This document shows, piece after piece, positions 47,801 through 57,240 of a stretch of 64,000 bases of DNA. The DNA is taken from IMG/VR virus record IMGVR_UViG_3300020180_000015, positions 19,552 to 83,551 of that record. One strand, 5' to 3'. The notes beneath the pieces are model-generated. The model searched no databases, was not told the origin of the DNA, and saw nothing but the letters and a program-made list of their open reading frames with translations. This DNA is from a virus. The position numbers and the translations under genes are program-made. The first letter of the stretch is position 1; each line of letters opens with the position of its first letter.

Positions 47801-48353
47801 GAATGTTTTATACAGCGAAGATGATTCATTTTCAGATACAGGACTCGACCTCGACGATGTGCGCTATATCCTGATCACCTGCACCATGACGGCAGACAAG
47901 ACCGACATCGATCAGCAAATCTTCGGCGGACTCTCGTCATTTGCCGTCACTGTGGATGGATCACTGATCCTTCGGAACGAGTATCGGGTTGAGAGCTACA
48001 TCAGCAGTACCCTGCGGGATTACAACATCATCACGCCGGCAGCCGATTATATTGCGCGGCGACCTTATGCAGTTGCGGCGGACTCGCAGTCGCTGGTCAT
48101 GTCGGCGCTGCTGTCAAATGGATCAACCACGAAGCTATACGAGAGCGACGATGGCGGCGAAACCCTGACGCTGGTGGATGCCAATGTGCCATATGAAGGG
48201 TTACTGCGCGGCGGCGACCGCCTGATCGCGTGGGGGGATGAGGTGATGGGATCGAGCGACGATGGCGGCGAAACGTGGGACAACAAGATCGGTAATTGGG
48301 CTGCCGCAGTCGGCACGGTAGGGCGCTTCCTGCGCGTTATGGCGGCGTTATAG
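44817..48353 (+). CDS. Large tail tip/baseplate hub protein with PKD-like and BNR/Asp-box segments
   Basis: YLWT PKD-like; S.NGG.TW and SDDGGET repeats. Confidence 0.75.
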   Translation: MTYVVDSTNLARLRAASHSSPISDLLAWPLRIVATALVNQASFAYPLAHFTVDNTSAGWGDIRVGQMARVTSGSNVVTTGIVRKAATSNTLYISAMGRGDPGTAQSIHRDLADNQTVTVYDYLPIWTLFSRISGGIFYKRHDEAYTDQGTSPAPVCNIGAWRHARSVSGVAQFAFTAAAAFAWAGKTITNYLWTLPSGGTLISGTLISVACTIELPEGFHLIHCLVTDSGGKTRSATRPIWVTAWDDSASAPISHQRAVKQGSDRQDLTGRGVSFEISGDHDILQSVIYDGGAVMTVDRATHGSNVLDDGVYINQYVGFGSVTSRRGNLEVTTLSYETKSLVGTLADVPNSPQAIIETASPGNWTEVSQGLADPNFVAWYLLEYHCPNALTLFDFNKLPDATPPRKKRWGINAATLGGQLEEVAKIAAGANIGSASDGSIFFHRNPSVEGDSYRAAMETRITLSVGGGDTLGDVEYPVNYRPTVGQLKLSGFTVDSGTDETDAFVVIAHDVTQGQGAGKQEEPAIVVTSLTDLRERVGRLIAIYNNPTPEITLLLNRNMDIFDPARHYGTWVSLVVPARYDPRGEGLTIRCSVKAVEREWRDREGGAANKHIRVTLVPETDGKPGVDITPVRGAGENVPNDPDIIPPDDDWLNVAWAADDQGGLGGTANWRDASPRWRSIKGSITGTVTDMALDWHSPLPRSGWRFGELGAWCVSVNGTALKVWYSDDILPRGVGWTESASITMTDSTVLTSARIVASEKTDGIVWAFWRTRTGSWFIRTSNGGGTWTAATLIGLSFSDSTNDDAPLGACIEGDYVFACGYTGGKYNPYWAAASVGTFTLATTLSVVSGKYADHPIASITRATDEVVYMSRDANAVSVTQTYAATGSTAATLESFTFDPFGAFAWPFGHGAAAPTIFGVDVSYAVDTYLCSMELRYALGDQAWHVTSLAATFELQDWNNNSGVGQGMSYTVDLLDADDNVLHTHSDSFGYLRPNSNVLYSEDDSFSDTGLDLDDVRYILITCTMTADKTDIDQQIFGGLSSFAVTVDGSLILRNEYRVESYISSTLRDYNIITPAADYIARRPYAVAADSQSLVMSALLSNGSTTKLYESDDGGETLTLVDANVPYEGLLRGGDRLIAWGDEVMGSSDDGGETWDNKIGNWAAAVGTVGRFLRVMAAL

Positions 48354-49192
48354 TGCCTACAGACCTGTTTGGCTCGGAATTGCTTTATACAGGCGTCCGT
48401 GCGGCAATCGGCGGGGCTTTGGAAGAGGGTATCCCCGTCACATTGGGATGGATTGACTCCAGCGACGCAATTCAGTTGAAGGTCGATCCCAATACCAATG
48501 ATGGGGTACAGAAATTCTATTACACGATCGGCGATCAGCCTCCCGGCGAAGCGCATAACATGGGTCCTAACCCGCTCGATCCGAAGTTCCTGAAAGTGGG
48601 CGCTCCGGTGTATGTCAGCCGAGCTAAGACAGGTCGGCGCGAATGGTACATCGACGGGCTGCAGCCGGGACTCGCCGAGGAGTTCTTTGGCGGGCGGGAC
48701 GCACAAGCGCCGACGCCAATTTACCTCAATCAATTCGTGCCGGGTCTTGTGAACGAGACTGCGCCGCCATCTATGCGTGTGGTTGTATTCGGCGCTCCGT
48801 ATTCACTGAACGGCGAGTTTAAATGGATTGGCACAAAATACAGCGCCGACTTCACCGCCGAAGTGCCAGCAACAGCAGGACAAGCATTGTACGCGCTGGT
48901 CGAGGTGGATTTTACCAACGACGCGATCAGTATCCAATACGGCGAGGAGTTTGACGCCGGATTGACTCACCAGCAGACGTGGGCTGCCGACGGCGGCAGC
49001 GGGACATTGTTTCCGCAGCCGGATCGGGCGAAATTTCGCGCCGGGTATGTGAAACTGGTGAGCGGCATGACGGCGATACGCCGAGCGCATATCTGGGCGG
49101 TGCAGGAAATCTATACCAAGATCGATTACACCGACATCCTGATCGCGTGCGGGGAAGTGGTGACCGTCGATGGGGAAGTGGCAACCGTCTGA
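48353..49192 (+). CDS. Minor tail protein
   Basis: GTG overlapping upstream stop; synteny. Confidence 0.55.
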   Translation: MPTDLFGSELLYTGVRAAIGGALEEGIPVTLGWIDSSDAIQLKVDPNTNDGVQKFYYTIGDQPPGEAHNMGPNPLDPKFLKVGAPVYVSRAKTGRREWYIDGLQPGLAEEFFGGRDAQAPTPIYLNQFVPGLVNETAPPSMRVVVFGAPYSLNGEFKWIGTKYSADFTAEVPATAGQALYALVEVDFTNDAISIQYGEEFDAGLTHQQTWAADGGSGTLFPQPDRAKFRAGYVKLVSGMTAIRRAHIWAVQEIYTKIDYTDILIACGEVVTVDGEVATV

Positions 49193-49294
49193 TTTGCCAA
49201 AAGCCTCGCGCTATGCGGGGCTTTTTAGTCGTGCCTGTTCTCTTGTTTCGCAACCCCATACACTGTAAACAACGGATCATAGTTTGGCGACTCC

Positions 49295-50245
49295 ATGCAA
49301 ATTAGCGATGTTCCATTTCTAAAGCGTTTTTTTGCCCGCTTCCGCATCGGCACTCGTCCGTCGACGCCGGAAGGCACTGGCGATACACACTGGGACGCGG
49401 CGGGTACAACCCTCTCGGTGAGTAATGCCGCTGGCGCAGGTTGGCTTGAGTACGATTTAAGTGACATCGGTACGTCCGGCATCTCCGGCGGCGGGACGGG
49501 CTTTAGCTCGTATACGCAAGGCGATTTACTGGTCGGCAATGCGTCGACAAATTTAGGTAAACTCGGCGTGAGCGGCGTGCCGGATGACTACGTTTTGACG
49601 AAGGATTCAGCGCAGCCGCTCAAGGTCGCATGGCAGCCGTCGGCGGTCGGGGTTGGCGGCGGCGGCACGGGGCAGAGTACCTACGCCGCAGGTGATCTCC
49701 TCGTCGGCAATGCCAGTAACGGACTAGACAAACTCGGCGTCGGCAGCGCCGGCAATGTACTCACCATTAACGCTGGCGTACCAGTCTGGGCGGCAGTTGG
49801 CGGGAGCGGGTTTACTCAAGGTTGTCATCTCATTCGTACTTCTAGTTTCTCGCTTACATCGGGTACCCAGACTGATGTGGAGTGGCATGAAGATTATGAT
49901 ACCGACACTATGTTTGACGCGGGGGTCAACGATATAGATGTCGTGATTCAGACAACCGGAAAGTATCGCTTTTTTTGTGCAATTTCGACTCAGAGATCTC
50001 CTGCTACTACTAACGTAGTCGAGTTACGTCTGTATAAAAACGGATCAATCCTCGCGTATCGCAACACTAGTTACATGGCAGGCAATTTCAGTACGTCCAT
50101 CAACCAAGTGGTGATTGAGACAGTTTCTAATTGTGTTGCCACGGATGTATTCAAGATCAGCATCCAAACAATCGGCAGTAGTTTAGTTTTAACAACCACT
50201 GCATCTCTCGGAACTACAGAGTTCGCCGTATATCGAGTTGGTTGA
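49295..50245 (+). CDS. Tail fibre/receptor-binding protein with C1q-like C-terminus
   Basis: GGTG..Y..GDLLVGNAS repeats; TTGKY, LYKNG head domain with lower GC. Confidence 0.7.
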   Translation: MQISDVPFLKRFFARFRIGTRPSTPEGTGDTHWDAAGTTLSVSNAAGAGWLEYDLSDIGTSGISGGGTGFSSYTQGDLLVGNASTNLGKLGVSGVPDDYVLTKDSAQPLKVAWQPSAVGVGGGGTGQSTYAAGDLLVGNASNGLDKLGVGSAGNVLTINAGVPVWAAVGGSGFTQGCHLIRTSSFSLTSGTQTDVEWHEDYDTDTMFDAGVNDIDVVIQTTGKYRFFCAISTQRSPATTNVVELRLYKNGSILAYRNTSYMAGNFSTSINQVVIETVSNCVATDVFKISIQTIGSSLVLTTTASLGTTEFAVYRVG

Positions 50246-50484
50246 TGACTGACTTCTGCGATCTGCCCAAAGCGATCATCAAGACGGGGGCGGCGGCGGA
50301 TGTGCCGGATGCTCCGCCGGATCGACAGTCGCTGATGTGGGATTGGGGATCGCGTAAGCTATACGGCGCGACCGAAAGCGTAGGGTGGGCGGAACTGCTG
50401 TCCCTTGCAGTGGATCGCATCATGCTCGACGAGGATGGCACGATCATGATCGACGAAGCTGGTTATCTAATGCAAACGGAGTAG
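50245..50484 (+). CDS. Small tail-associated protein
   Basis: C-terminal DEDG...DEAG motif. Confidence 0.5.
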   Translation: MTDFCDLPKAIIKTGAAADVPDAPPDRQSLMWDWGSRKLYGATESVGWAELLSLAVDRIMLDEDGTIMIDEAGYLMQTE

Positions 50485-50489
50485 GGTTG

Positions 50490-51188
50490 ATGGCTTACGC
50501 GAAAGATGCTGCGAATACCAGCTATGGTTTTGCCGTTCAGTCGGCAAATGTATCCACTCCGGGGAGTGGATTGGCACGGGTGTTCCTCAAGGAAGTGGCG
50601 GGGGTTACTGCGCCTTACATTATCCTAGACGACGCTACTGTGCTGGGTCCCTATCAGCCTGTCAGCAGCAGTTTAACTCCGGCGGGGGTGATCTACTCTC
50701 AGACTTCAAGCGGGGTCATCGGAAACACGGCACTGCAGTTGTCTCTGTGCGGCACAGGTGAAGGCACGCTAACACTGCCCGTAAATTTCCTTGTAGATGG
50801 TCGGGTGATCCGGTTAACGGCAGGCGGATTTTACTCATCGGCGGCGGCGGCAACCGATGTCACAATTCGGTTTCTAGCGGGTGCGACGGTGCTTGTGAAT
50901 ACAGGCACGTTGACGCTCCCGGTAAGCGAAGTCGATCAAATGTGGGAAGCAAGTATGGTGCTGGTTTGCCGGGTCGCCGGGGTAAGTGCGACAACGGTTG
51001 CACACGGCTCTTACGCATACAAGAGTGTCGCATCCGGCAACTTGATCACCGCGCCAATGATCGCCACAGGCGGCATCACACTGAACACGACAACCAGTCT
51101 TGCCGTTAATCTAACTGCACAGTGGGTGACTGCCGATGTCAGCAACACCATCACCGGATTCTGGGCGATAGTCGAAGTATTGAACTGA
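50490..51188 (+). CDS. Virion fibre/appendage protein
   Basis: TLPVNFL..G beta-sandwich; start at ATG 50490. Confidence 0.55.
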   Translation: MAYAKDAANTSYGFAVQSANVSTPGSGLARVFLKEVAGVTAPYIILDDATVLGPYQPVSSSLTPAGVIYSQTSSGVIGNTALQLSLCGTGEGTLTLPVNFLVDGRVIRLTAGGFYSSAAAATDVTIRFLAGATVLVNTGTLTLPVSEVDQMWEASMVLVCRVAGVSATTVAHGSYAYKSVASGNLITAPMIATGGITLNTTTSLAVNLTAQWVTADVSNTITGFWAIVEVLN

Positions 51189-51264
51189 CGCGCCGCCGTG
51201 TCTGTTCTCGCGTAGCGCAACCCCGTACACTATAAACAACGATCTACTGTTTGAGGTCAACTCG

Positions 51265-52350
51265 ATGAGCCAACCGAATAGCTTAATCGACCAGTTCTAT
51301 GCCGAATGGACGGCACGGGGCGCGGCGCTCGATGCTGAAACCAAACGCGCCGATAGCCTTGCCGTGCAACTTGCGGAAGCACTCGCACGCACACCGAAGC
51401 CTGTCCCGCCGCGAAAGCCGTTCGAGATTGACCGTCTCTTTACACCAAGCACGCTCTCACCAGATCGCCATCAGCGGTATATCCAGACATGGAGCGCAAT
51501 CTACAGCCCGCGTCCTTCCCCCAACCCGCGTGTTATTGCCGCGTCTGGTGCTGCTGATTCCGTAGGGTTTGCCGTGAAAGATTACGTGGTCGCGGTTGCT
51601 TCCGCGCTCGATGCGACGGGGGATTGCGGTTTCCTGCGCGAAATCGTATCGGTCATGGGCGTGCTGCGTGAGCGCATGGCGACGTTCGTCCTCACGCTCA
51701 CGCTCGGCAAAGACAAAGCGTTTGTTGCCAGCTTGTTCGCCTTCACCGCTTACCTATGTCATGTGAACCGCGCACACGATCCGGTGTTTGCGGCGGCGGC
51801 GGATTATTGGCTGTCGCAGTACAGGGCAATCTTCGGGGAGAGCGTGCCGACTGACGATTTGATGCACTCCTACGCGGCAAGTGTCGAAACCGCGTGGTGT
51901 CTGTGGTTGCTCACGGGCGAGGAACGCTATCAGGTAGACGCAGAGACTAAACGAATCGAACTGTTCAAGAGCATCCTTGTCGCAGAGGACGGATGCGCCA
52001 CATGGCATCACCGCCCGTTCTTCGCACGAGGGAAGCAAGAGGATACCCCAAACCCGCGCACGACTTACGCCAGTTACATCGTGCAAACGATGGTGATGCT
52101 CAATCGAGCGGGGCTGGACACCGTGCCGTTGGGGAGACTCGCCAAAACTGTGCTGAGGATCATTCGCGCCAACGGCACGATCTCCTATGCCCTCGACGGC
52201 ACGGGAGATGAAGCGCCGAGCAAGATCGCAACCCGCAATTGGGCGCTGCTCGTCCCGTATGATCCGAGCGGCGAATTGGCGAAGCGACTGGCTGCCGCGT
52301 GGACAGCGAACAGCGTTTACATTCCGGCGGGCTTATTGGGAACAGGATAG
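51265..52350 (+). CDS. Helical (alpha/alpha-barrel-like) protein with N-terminal coiled coil
   Basis: ATGD..FL and LTGEERY six-hairpin-glycosidase-like turns; own promoter. Confidence 0.5.
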   Translation: MSQPNSLIDQFYAEWTARGAALDAETKRADSLAVQLAEALARTPKPVPPRKPFEIDRLFTPSTLSPDRHQRYIQTWSAIYSPRPSPNPRVIAASGAADSVGFAVKDYVVAVASALDATGDCGFLREIVSVMGVLRERMATFVLTLTLGKDKAFVASLFAFTAYLCHVNRAHDPVFAAAADYWLSQYRAIFGESVPTDDLMHSYAASVETAWCLWLLTGEERYQVDAETKRIELFKSILVAEDGCATWHHRPFFARGKQEDTPNPRTTYASYIVQTMVMLNRAGLDTVPLGRLAKTVLRIIRANGTISYALDGTGDEAPSKIATRNWALLVPYDPSGELAKRLAAAWTANSVYIPAGLLGTG

Positions 52351-52353
52351 CTC

Positions 52354-54135
52354 ATGCCAGCATCTACCGGATTTCCCGGACTAACCCAGACGCAAATTAA
52401 TGCGCTGATTGTCGCCTATGCTGCGCCGTCGTCGCACAACCATGCGGCAAGCGCAATCACGAGCGGGCTACTCGCACTGGCGCGGGGTGGGACGGCTGCG
52501 GATTTGGCAGCGACGGGTGGGGCAACTCACTTCTTGCGCCAAGCATCAGTGGGGGCGGCGCTCACTGTAGGCGGGATTGTCAGCGCCGATTTGACAACGG
52601 CACTCACGACGCCGCCCGCGATTGGCGGGGGGACGCCAGCGGCGATTAGTGGGACGGTGATCACGGCGACCAGTAGCCTAGTCGGCGGCACTGCCATCGC
52701 TGACATCCTCAAACTTCAAGGCACAGTAGGCAACGGCACTTTAACCGCCGCAGCTATCCAAGCATTGGTTGGCAACAATGGTGCTACGATTGCGACAACG
52801 ATATTAAATAATGGGAATGTGGGGATTGGGACGATTGCTCCCGGCGCCAGACTAGAAGTAGCTGGAAGCACTGATGCTACTCAATTTATCCTTCGAGCGA
52901 ACAGTGCCCAGAGCAATTCCAATCCACTTATCAAACTACTCAGCAGTGGTGGCACAGAACTACTCAGACTCCATAGTGATAACACAAACAATGTGTTCTT
53001 AGGCACAAATGCTGGACGGGTGAACAATGTCTCGGGAGTTGCAAGTGAGGGGTTATATAACACTTTTATTGGCTCAGGTGCAGGGTATTCCAATACTACG
53101 GGAAGCTCTAACTCTGCACAGGGATGGAATGCTCTCTACTCCAACACCACCGGGAGCAACAACAATGCACAGGGAGTGAATGCCCTCCTATCCAACACCA
53201 CAGGGAGCAGCAACTCTGCACAGGGAGCGAATGCCCTCCGCTCCAACACCACAGGGAACGACAACAATGCACAGGGATTGTATGCCCTCCTATCCAACAC
53301 CACAGGGAGCAGCAACTCTGCACAGGGAAGGGATGCCCTCGCCTTCAATACCACCGGGGGCAGCAACTCTGCACAGGGAGTGAATGCCCTCCTATCCAAC
53401 ACCACAGGGAGCAGCAACTCTGCACAGGGAGCGAATGCCCTCCGCTCCAACACCACAGGGAGCAACAACTCTGCACAGGGAGTGAATGCGGGTAGATACA
53501 TCTCAGATGGCACAACTGCCAACGCCACCAGCGGAACTTCTCTCTATCTTGGAGCAGATACCAAAGCCCTTGCGAATGGCGGTGCTAATGAAATCGTCAT
53601 TGGGTACAACGCTATAGGGGTAGGGAGTAATAGCGCGGTATTTGGCAATGACAGTATTACCAAGACAGTCCTGAAAGGCAGCGTCGGGTTGGGAACGACG
53701 ACTCCTGCCGCACGGTTGCACGTCCTCGACACGACTGCGGGTTCACTTTCATCCGTCGTCAACGCCGCCGTCATCGGACGCAATGACACGGGTACGCCGT
53801 TAGCGGGATTTGGCAGCGGACTGGCGCTGCAACTGGAAAGCAGTACGACGCCAGATACCTCGATTGGTTCAATCGATTGGCTGTGGAACGTGGCGACTCA
53901 TGCCAGCCGTGCGCCCGATATGGTGTTCAATCTGACGGACAGCGCGGCGACGCGGGAAATTATGCGGATGCGGGCGAACGGGAGCGCGGGGGCGATTGGG
54001 TTTTTCGGCGCGACTCCGATTGCGCGTCCGACACTGGCGGCGAACGCGACAGATTTAGCGACCGCAATTACGCTGGTCAATGACATCAAGGCGAAATTAT
54101 CCGCCGCCGCAAGCGGCTTAGGTCTAGTGGCGTAG
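52354..54135 (+). CDS. Tail fibre protein with beta-helix-type repeats
   Basis: GNVGIGT..P motifs; 8 x 17-aa SNTTGSSNSAQG.NAL. Confidence 0.8.
   Translation: MPASTGFPGLTQTQINALIVAYAAPSSHNHAASAITSGLLALARGGTAADLAATGGATHFLRQASVGAALTVGGIVSADLTTALTTPPAIGGGTPAAISGTVITATSSLVGGTAIADILKLQGTVGNGTLTAAAIQALVGNNGATIATTILNNGNVGIGTIAPGARLEVAGSTDATQFILRANSAQSNSNPLIKLLSSGGTELLRLHSDNTNNVFLGTNAGRVNNVSGVASEGLYNTFIGSGAGYSNTTGSSNSAQGWNALYSNTTGSNNNAQGVNALLSNTTGSSNSAQGANALRSNTTGNDNNAQGLYALLSNTTGSSNSAQGRDALAFNTTGGSNSAQGVNALLSNTTGSSNSAQGANALRSNTTGSNNSAQGVNAGRYISDGTTANATSGTSLYLGADTKALANGGANEIVIGYNAIGVGSNSAVFGNDSITKTVLKGSVGLGTTTPAARLHVLDTTAGSLSSVVNAAVIGRNDTGTPLAGFGSGLALQLESSTTPDTSIGSIDWLWNVATHASRAPDMVFNLTDSAATREIMRMRANGSAGAIGFFGATPIARPTLAANATDLATAITLVNDIKAKLSAAASGLGLVA
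53086..53493 (+). repeat. 51-bp coding tandem repeat x8
   Basis: TCCAACACCACAGGGAGCAGCAACTCTGCACAGGGA... units. Confidence 0.9.
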
Positions 54136-54155
54136 TCCACAGAAGGAGTTTCACA

Positions 54156-54437
54156 ATGGCTTTAACGGCACAACAACAGAATTTTATCGGAGAATTAATG
54201 GCGTGGGCGGAAATCGAATTGCGTCAGCGTGCTACTGGACAAAACTTGGCAGCACGGTGGGAACTGAACGGTGTGCTGGCGAAACTGGATGATGCTAGTA
54301 TTCAAGCTCTGCCGTCGTTCGCTCATCTGGACGCGCAGAAGATCATTGATGGTGTGTCAGCATTACTCACCGTTAATACTGCGCTTGGTAATGATGTGAG
54401 CGGGCAAGCGGTCAACCTAATCAAGCTAAAGGGATAG
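54156..54437 (+). CDS. Hypothetical (fibre-associated) protein
   Basis: AAGGAG RBS. Confidence 0.6.
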   Translation: MALTAQQQNFIGELMAWAEIELRQRATGQNLAARWELNGVLAKLDDASIQALPSFAHLDAQKIIDGVSALLTVNTALGNDVSGQAVNLIKLKG

Positions 54438-54442
54438 AGACC

Positions 54443-54607
54443 ATGACACGCGCCGAAATCATCGCTCGTAGAGACCAATTGCAACAGCAAGCGGCAACGC
54501 TCAACAATCAGTTCCATGAGACACTTGGAGCGATTGCTGTCTATGAAGATTTCCTGAAACAATTGCCCGAAGAACCCGTTCAGGCGGAACTCCCTGCAAA
54601 GGACTAA
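54443..54607 (+). CDS. 54-aa coiled-coil protein
   Basis: Hand translation MTRAEIIARRDQLQQQAATLNNQF...; typical after fibres. Confidence 0.55.
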   Translation: MTRAEIIARRDQLQQQAATLNNQFHETLGAIAVYEDFLKQLPEEPVQAELPAKD

Positions 54608-54609
54608 TC

Positions 54610-54974
54610 GTAAGCATCCCCACGCCTAAAGGCGGGGGCTTTTAGCCCTAATGCTTACCAGACTCAGCCCGCAAGGGCTACGTTAGCGGTAAATATATAG
54701 GCACTTCGGAATACCTCACCAGTTCCGAACTCTGCGGTGAACGATTAAACAGGACGCTTGGGAAAAGCCAGTGTCGTTCACATCAAACTACCGCATAACT
54801 TTGTCGAGGTGAACGTGACACCCGCAAGGGTAGCAGGTTTGGCAGTTTTCCAGAGGTAACTCAAAAAACTGCCTCCCTTCGGGGAACTATCATTCCGACG
54901 GCTACAATTATAAGAAAGGACAAGGCGCTATCCCTCCCCATGCCTAAAGGCAGGGGGTATCCCGCGCCGATTTG
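54610..54974 (+). mobile_element. Non-autonomous IS200/IS605-type element carrying an IscB omegaRNA (HEARO-like) scaffold, no ORF
   Basis: End hairpins CCCCACGCCTAAAGGCGGGG and CCCCATGCCTAAAGGCAGGGG; CCAGACTCAG..CTACGTT..ATAGGCAC..CCAGT..CTCTGCGG..TTAAACAG..TTGTCGAGG blocks; followed by ATGA. Confidence 0.8.
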
Positions 54975-55946
54975 ATGACAGGTCAGCTTGGGCAACCCAT
55001 AGATTTCTCCGCCGTGTTCTACGATCTTGACGGGCAGCCGCGCACGGATTTGACCGTGAACGTGATTGTCGAGAACACAGACGGCACGATACTGATCCCG
55101 TCTACCAGTGCGCCACGTCTCGGAATTCGCTACACGTACCCGCTTCCGGGCGCGTCTGTAGTTACGTATGGGTATTACACAGCGAAATTCACGCCGACGG
55201 ACATCACGAATGTCACGCCCCCAATAGGGATCGTCACTGAGAATGTCGTGCAGTGGGTTGGCAATCTCGATGTTGCTGTCAGTTCACGACTTGCGACAGC
55301 GGGGTATACCGCGCCGGACAACACGACCATCGGCACAATCAATACGAACCTGACGGCACTAATTAACCGTGTCGGGGCGTTTACTGGTACGGGCGTCAAC
55401 ACTATTCTAGGATTTTTCAAAGCGTTGATGGGAAGTGCCGCGTCTACTCCTTCGGATGTGGGCGGGACATTCAGCGCGGCAACAGATAGCACAGAGGCGA
55501 TCCGAGATGAGGTTTCGGCAATCCGCAGTCGAACAGATCTGTTCACTAGTAATACGATCCCCGCGATAAGTTCGCCCTTCGTGGATGAGACAAGCACCAT
55601 ATACGTTGCTTGGGGCGGCGATTACGTGAATGGGTCACCGCTCGGTGCGTTTGACATTGGTTCGGTTGTCGATGATCTTGATCTTGTGGGTATTTTGTCG
55701 ATTACCCTGAGTGTGAAACGGCAAGACGCACGGCAGGGAAGTAAACCATTGCTGCAAATCGAAGGCGCGGCAATCAGCGCAACTAGTGCGCGGTTTGCGC
55801 CAACCGCCGCCGCGAGTCAGACAACGGCGCTGCCGCCGGGGACGTATCTTTTCGATTGCTGGGCGTGGAACGGCACATATAACACGCCGTTCCGAACCGG
55901 GACGTATGTCGTTACAGGGACGGTTACGCCGCCGACAACTACCTAA
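54975..55946 (+). CDS. Virion structural protein (Ig-like domains)
   Basis: NLDVAVSSRLA...YTAPDN motif; beta-rich. Confidence 0.6.
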   Translation: MTGQLGQPIDFSAVFYDLDGQPRTDLTVNVIVENTDGTILIPSTSAPRLGIRYTYPLPGASVVTYGYYTAKFTPTDITNVTPPIGIVTENVVQWVGNLDVAVSSRLATAGYTAPDNTTIGTINTNLTALINRVGAFTGTGVNTILGFFKALMGSAASTPSDVGGTFSAATDSTEAIRDEVSAIRSRTDLFTSNTIPAISSPFVDETSTIYVAWGGDYVNGSPLGAFDIGSVVDDLDLVGILSITLSVKRQDARQGSKPLLQIEGAAISATSARFAPTAAASQTTALPPGTYLFDCWAWNGTYNTPFRTGTYVVTGTVTPPTTT

Positions 55947-56167
55947 ACTGGAGAGGGACATCACGCCGCGCCGATTGGGAAGCCGTCGGCGGGATTGAGG
56001 TCTGGCATGTTAAAAATGGGTTCCATTCTGAAACGCCGATCTTCGTTAGTGCCAGCTATGTGGCATGTGTCGAGTGGGCGTTGGCGTGGTCGCCGTCGGA
56101 GTAGATATTCTTATTAGTAGCTTGCTTACTGGACTACTAGTGATAATGAAGTTTATCACCGAGTTAT

Positions 56168-56202
56168 CCCTTTAGGGCGCGAGAAACCCGCGCCCTAAAG
56201 GG
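56168..56202. terminator. Perfect 14-bp-stem hairpin after convergent minus-strand gene
   Basis: CCCTTTAGGGCGCG-agaaacc-CGCGCCCTAAAGGG. Confidence 0.5.
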
Positions 56203-56865
56203 CTAGTTAGGTGACTCGCCGGGTGTACTACTAATAACGGTTTGTCCCTTGCCTGAACTGAACGCCTGCTCGAATTCCAATACAACACGTCCGATTTGCC
56301 AATCCCAATCAAAAACTCGATGGAGCGGCATCTCGAAAAAGATGCGCTCGGCCCGTATCGTGATTTCTCCGTTCGACCCGGTCGCCGAAATATCTCCATT
56401 GATCTGCGGTTTATAGAATTCCGGCTGGAGTGTGATGCGATCCGATTGAGTGGCATACTTTCTCCCGTTGTGCGTGATGTATGCTGGCAGAGCCGATCCA
56501 CGCAGCTTGAAATGGAACAGCGCAAACACGCCTTCGAAGTCCGGGATATGAACATTCGAGTCAAAAGCCAGCACGTCAACATCGTCGATGACGCAGTGGT
56601 GATACAGCGAGACATCGAGCGCCGGATACCATAGGCAAATTTCAAGCGCGGTGTTTCTGATGATATCTTTACCCTTGTCGATCAGTGCGTCTCGCGCAGC
56701 CATCGAGTTGTCGTGCAGCAGCAGTCGGATTTCGCTAATCGCAGCGGTCAGCGAGTTTTTGCCTCCAATCTTACAAAGTGTAGCAGCGACATTTTCCGGC
56801 ACCGGAAAGAAGAATATACCCGGCATCCCCACTTCTTCGACAGGTTTATTCGCCATCGTCTTCAC
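56203..56865 (-). CDS. Hypothetical protein
   Basis: Longest ORF in the minus-strand block. Confidence 0.5.
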   Translation of the reverse strand: MKTMANKPVEEVGMPGIFFFPVPENVAATLCKIGGKNSLTAAISEIRLLLHDNSMAARDALIDKGKDIIRNTALEICLWYPALDVSLYHHCVIDDVDVLAFDSNVHIPDFEGVFALFHFKLRGSALPAYITHNGRKYATQSDRITLQPEFYKPQINGDISATGSNGEITIRAERIFFEMPLHRVFDWDWQIGRVVLEFEQAFSSGKGQTVISSTPGESPN

Positions 56866-57007
56866 CCCATTCCCTAAACGCCGACAACTGGTATCCGTTT
56901 TTGGTCGTTATTGCAGTACCTCCAATACGCGCCGGAAGCCCCGGCGCTGCTTCCACACATGGGCGAAAATCGGCGCTACGTGGCTCGTGGTGCGATTCGC
57001 ACACTGA

Positions 57008-57232
57008 TCACCCACTCATCGGCGTTTTTATACGTTCGGCGGAGCAGGTCGCGCAGTCCGTCAATTTCGCGTCTTCGGTGATCCGCCAATAATAATCCTC
57101 GTACAGGACATAGGCGTTTAGTATCGGCAGTTGCACCATCGCTTTTGTGCCAACCGTCTGGATTTCAATGCCGCCGCCATCCCCTACCTGCGCGATGCGA
57201 ATCTTAGAAAGCCCTACGCTATCCTGAGCCAT
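57008..57232 (-). CDS. Hypothetical protein sharing a 20-aa block with the upstream gene
   Basis: LNAYVLYEDYYWRITEDAKL. Confidence 0.45.
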   Translation of the reverse strand: MAQDSVGLSKIRIAQVGDGGGIEIQTVGTKAMVQLPILNAYVLYEDYYWRITEDAKLTDCATCSAERIKTPMSG

Positions 57233-57240
57233 ACTGTCCC

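Noticed and set aside
53086-53493. Repeats as a DGR template/variable pair or CRISPR
   Set aside because: Ordinary in-frame fibre repeats; no reverse transcriptase in the window and differences are not adenine-specific
56168-56202. Third IS200/IS605 end remnant on the minus strand
   Set aside because: Only loose similarity (GGGTTTCTCGCGCC vs GGGTATCCCGCGCC); equally explained as a terminator hairpin
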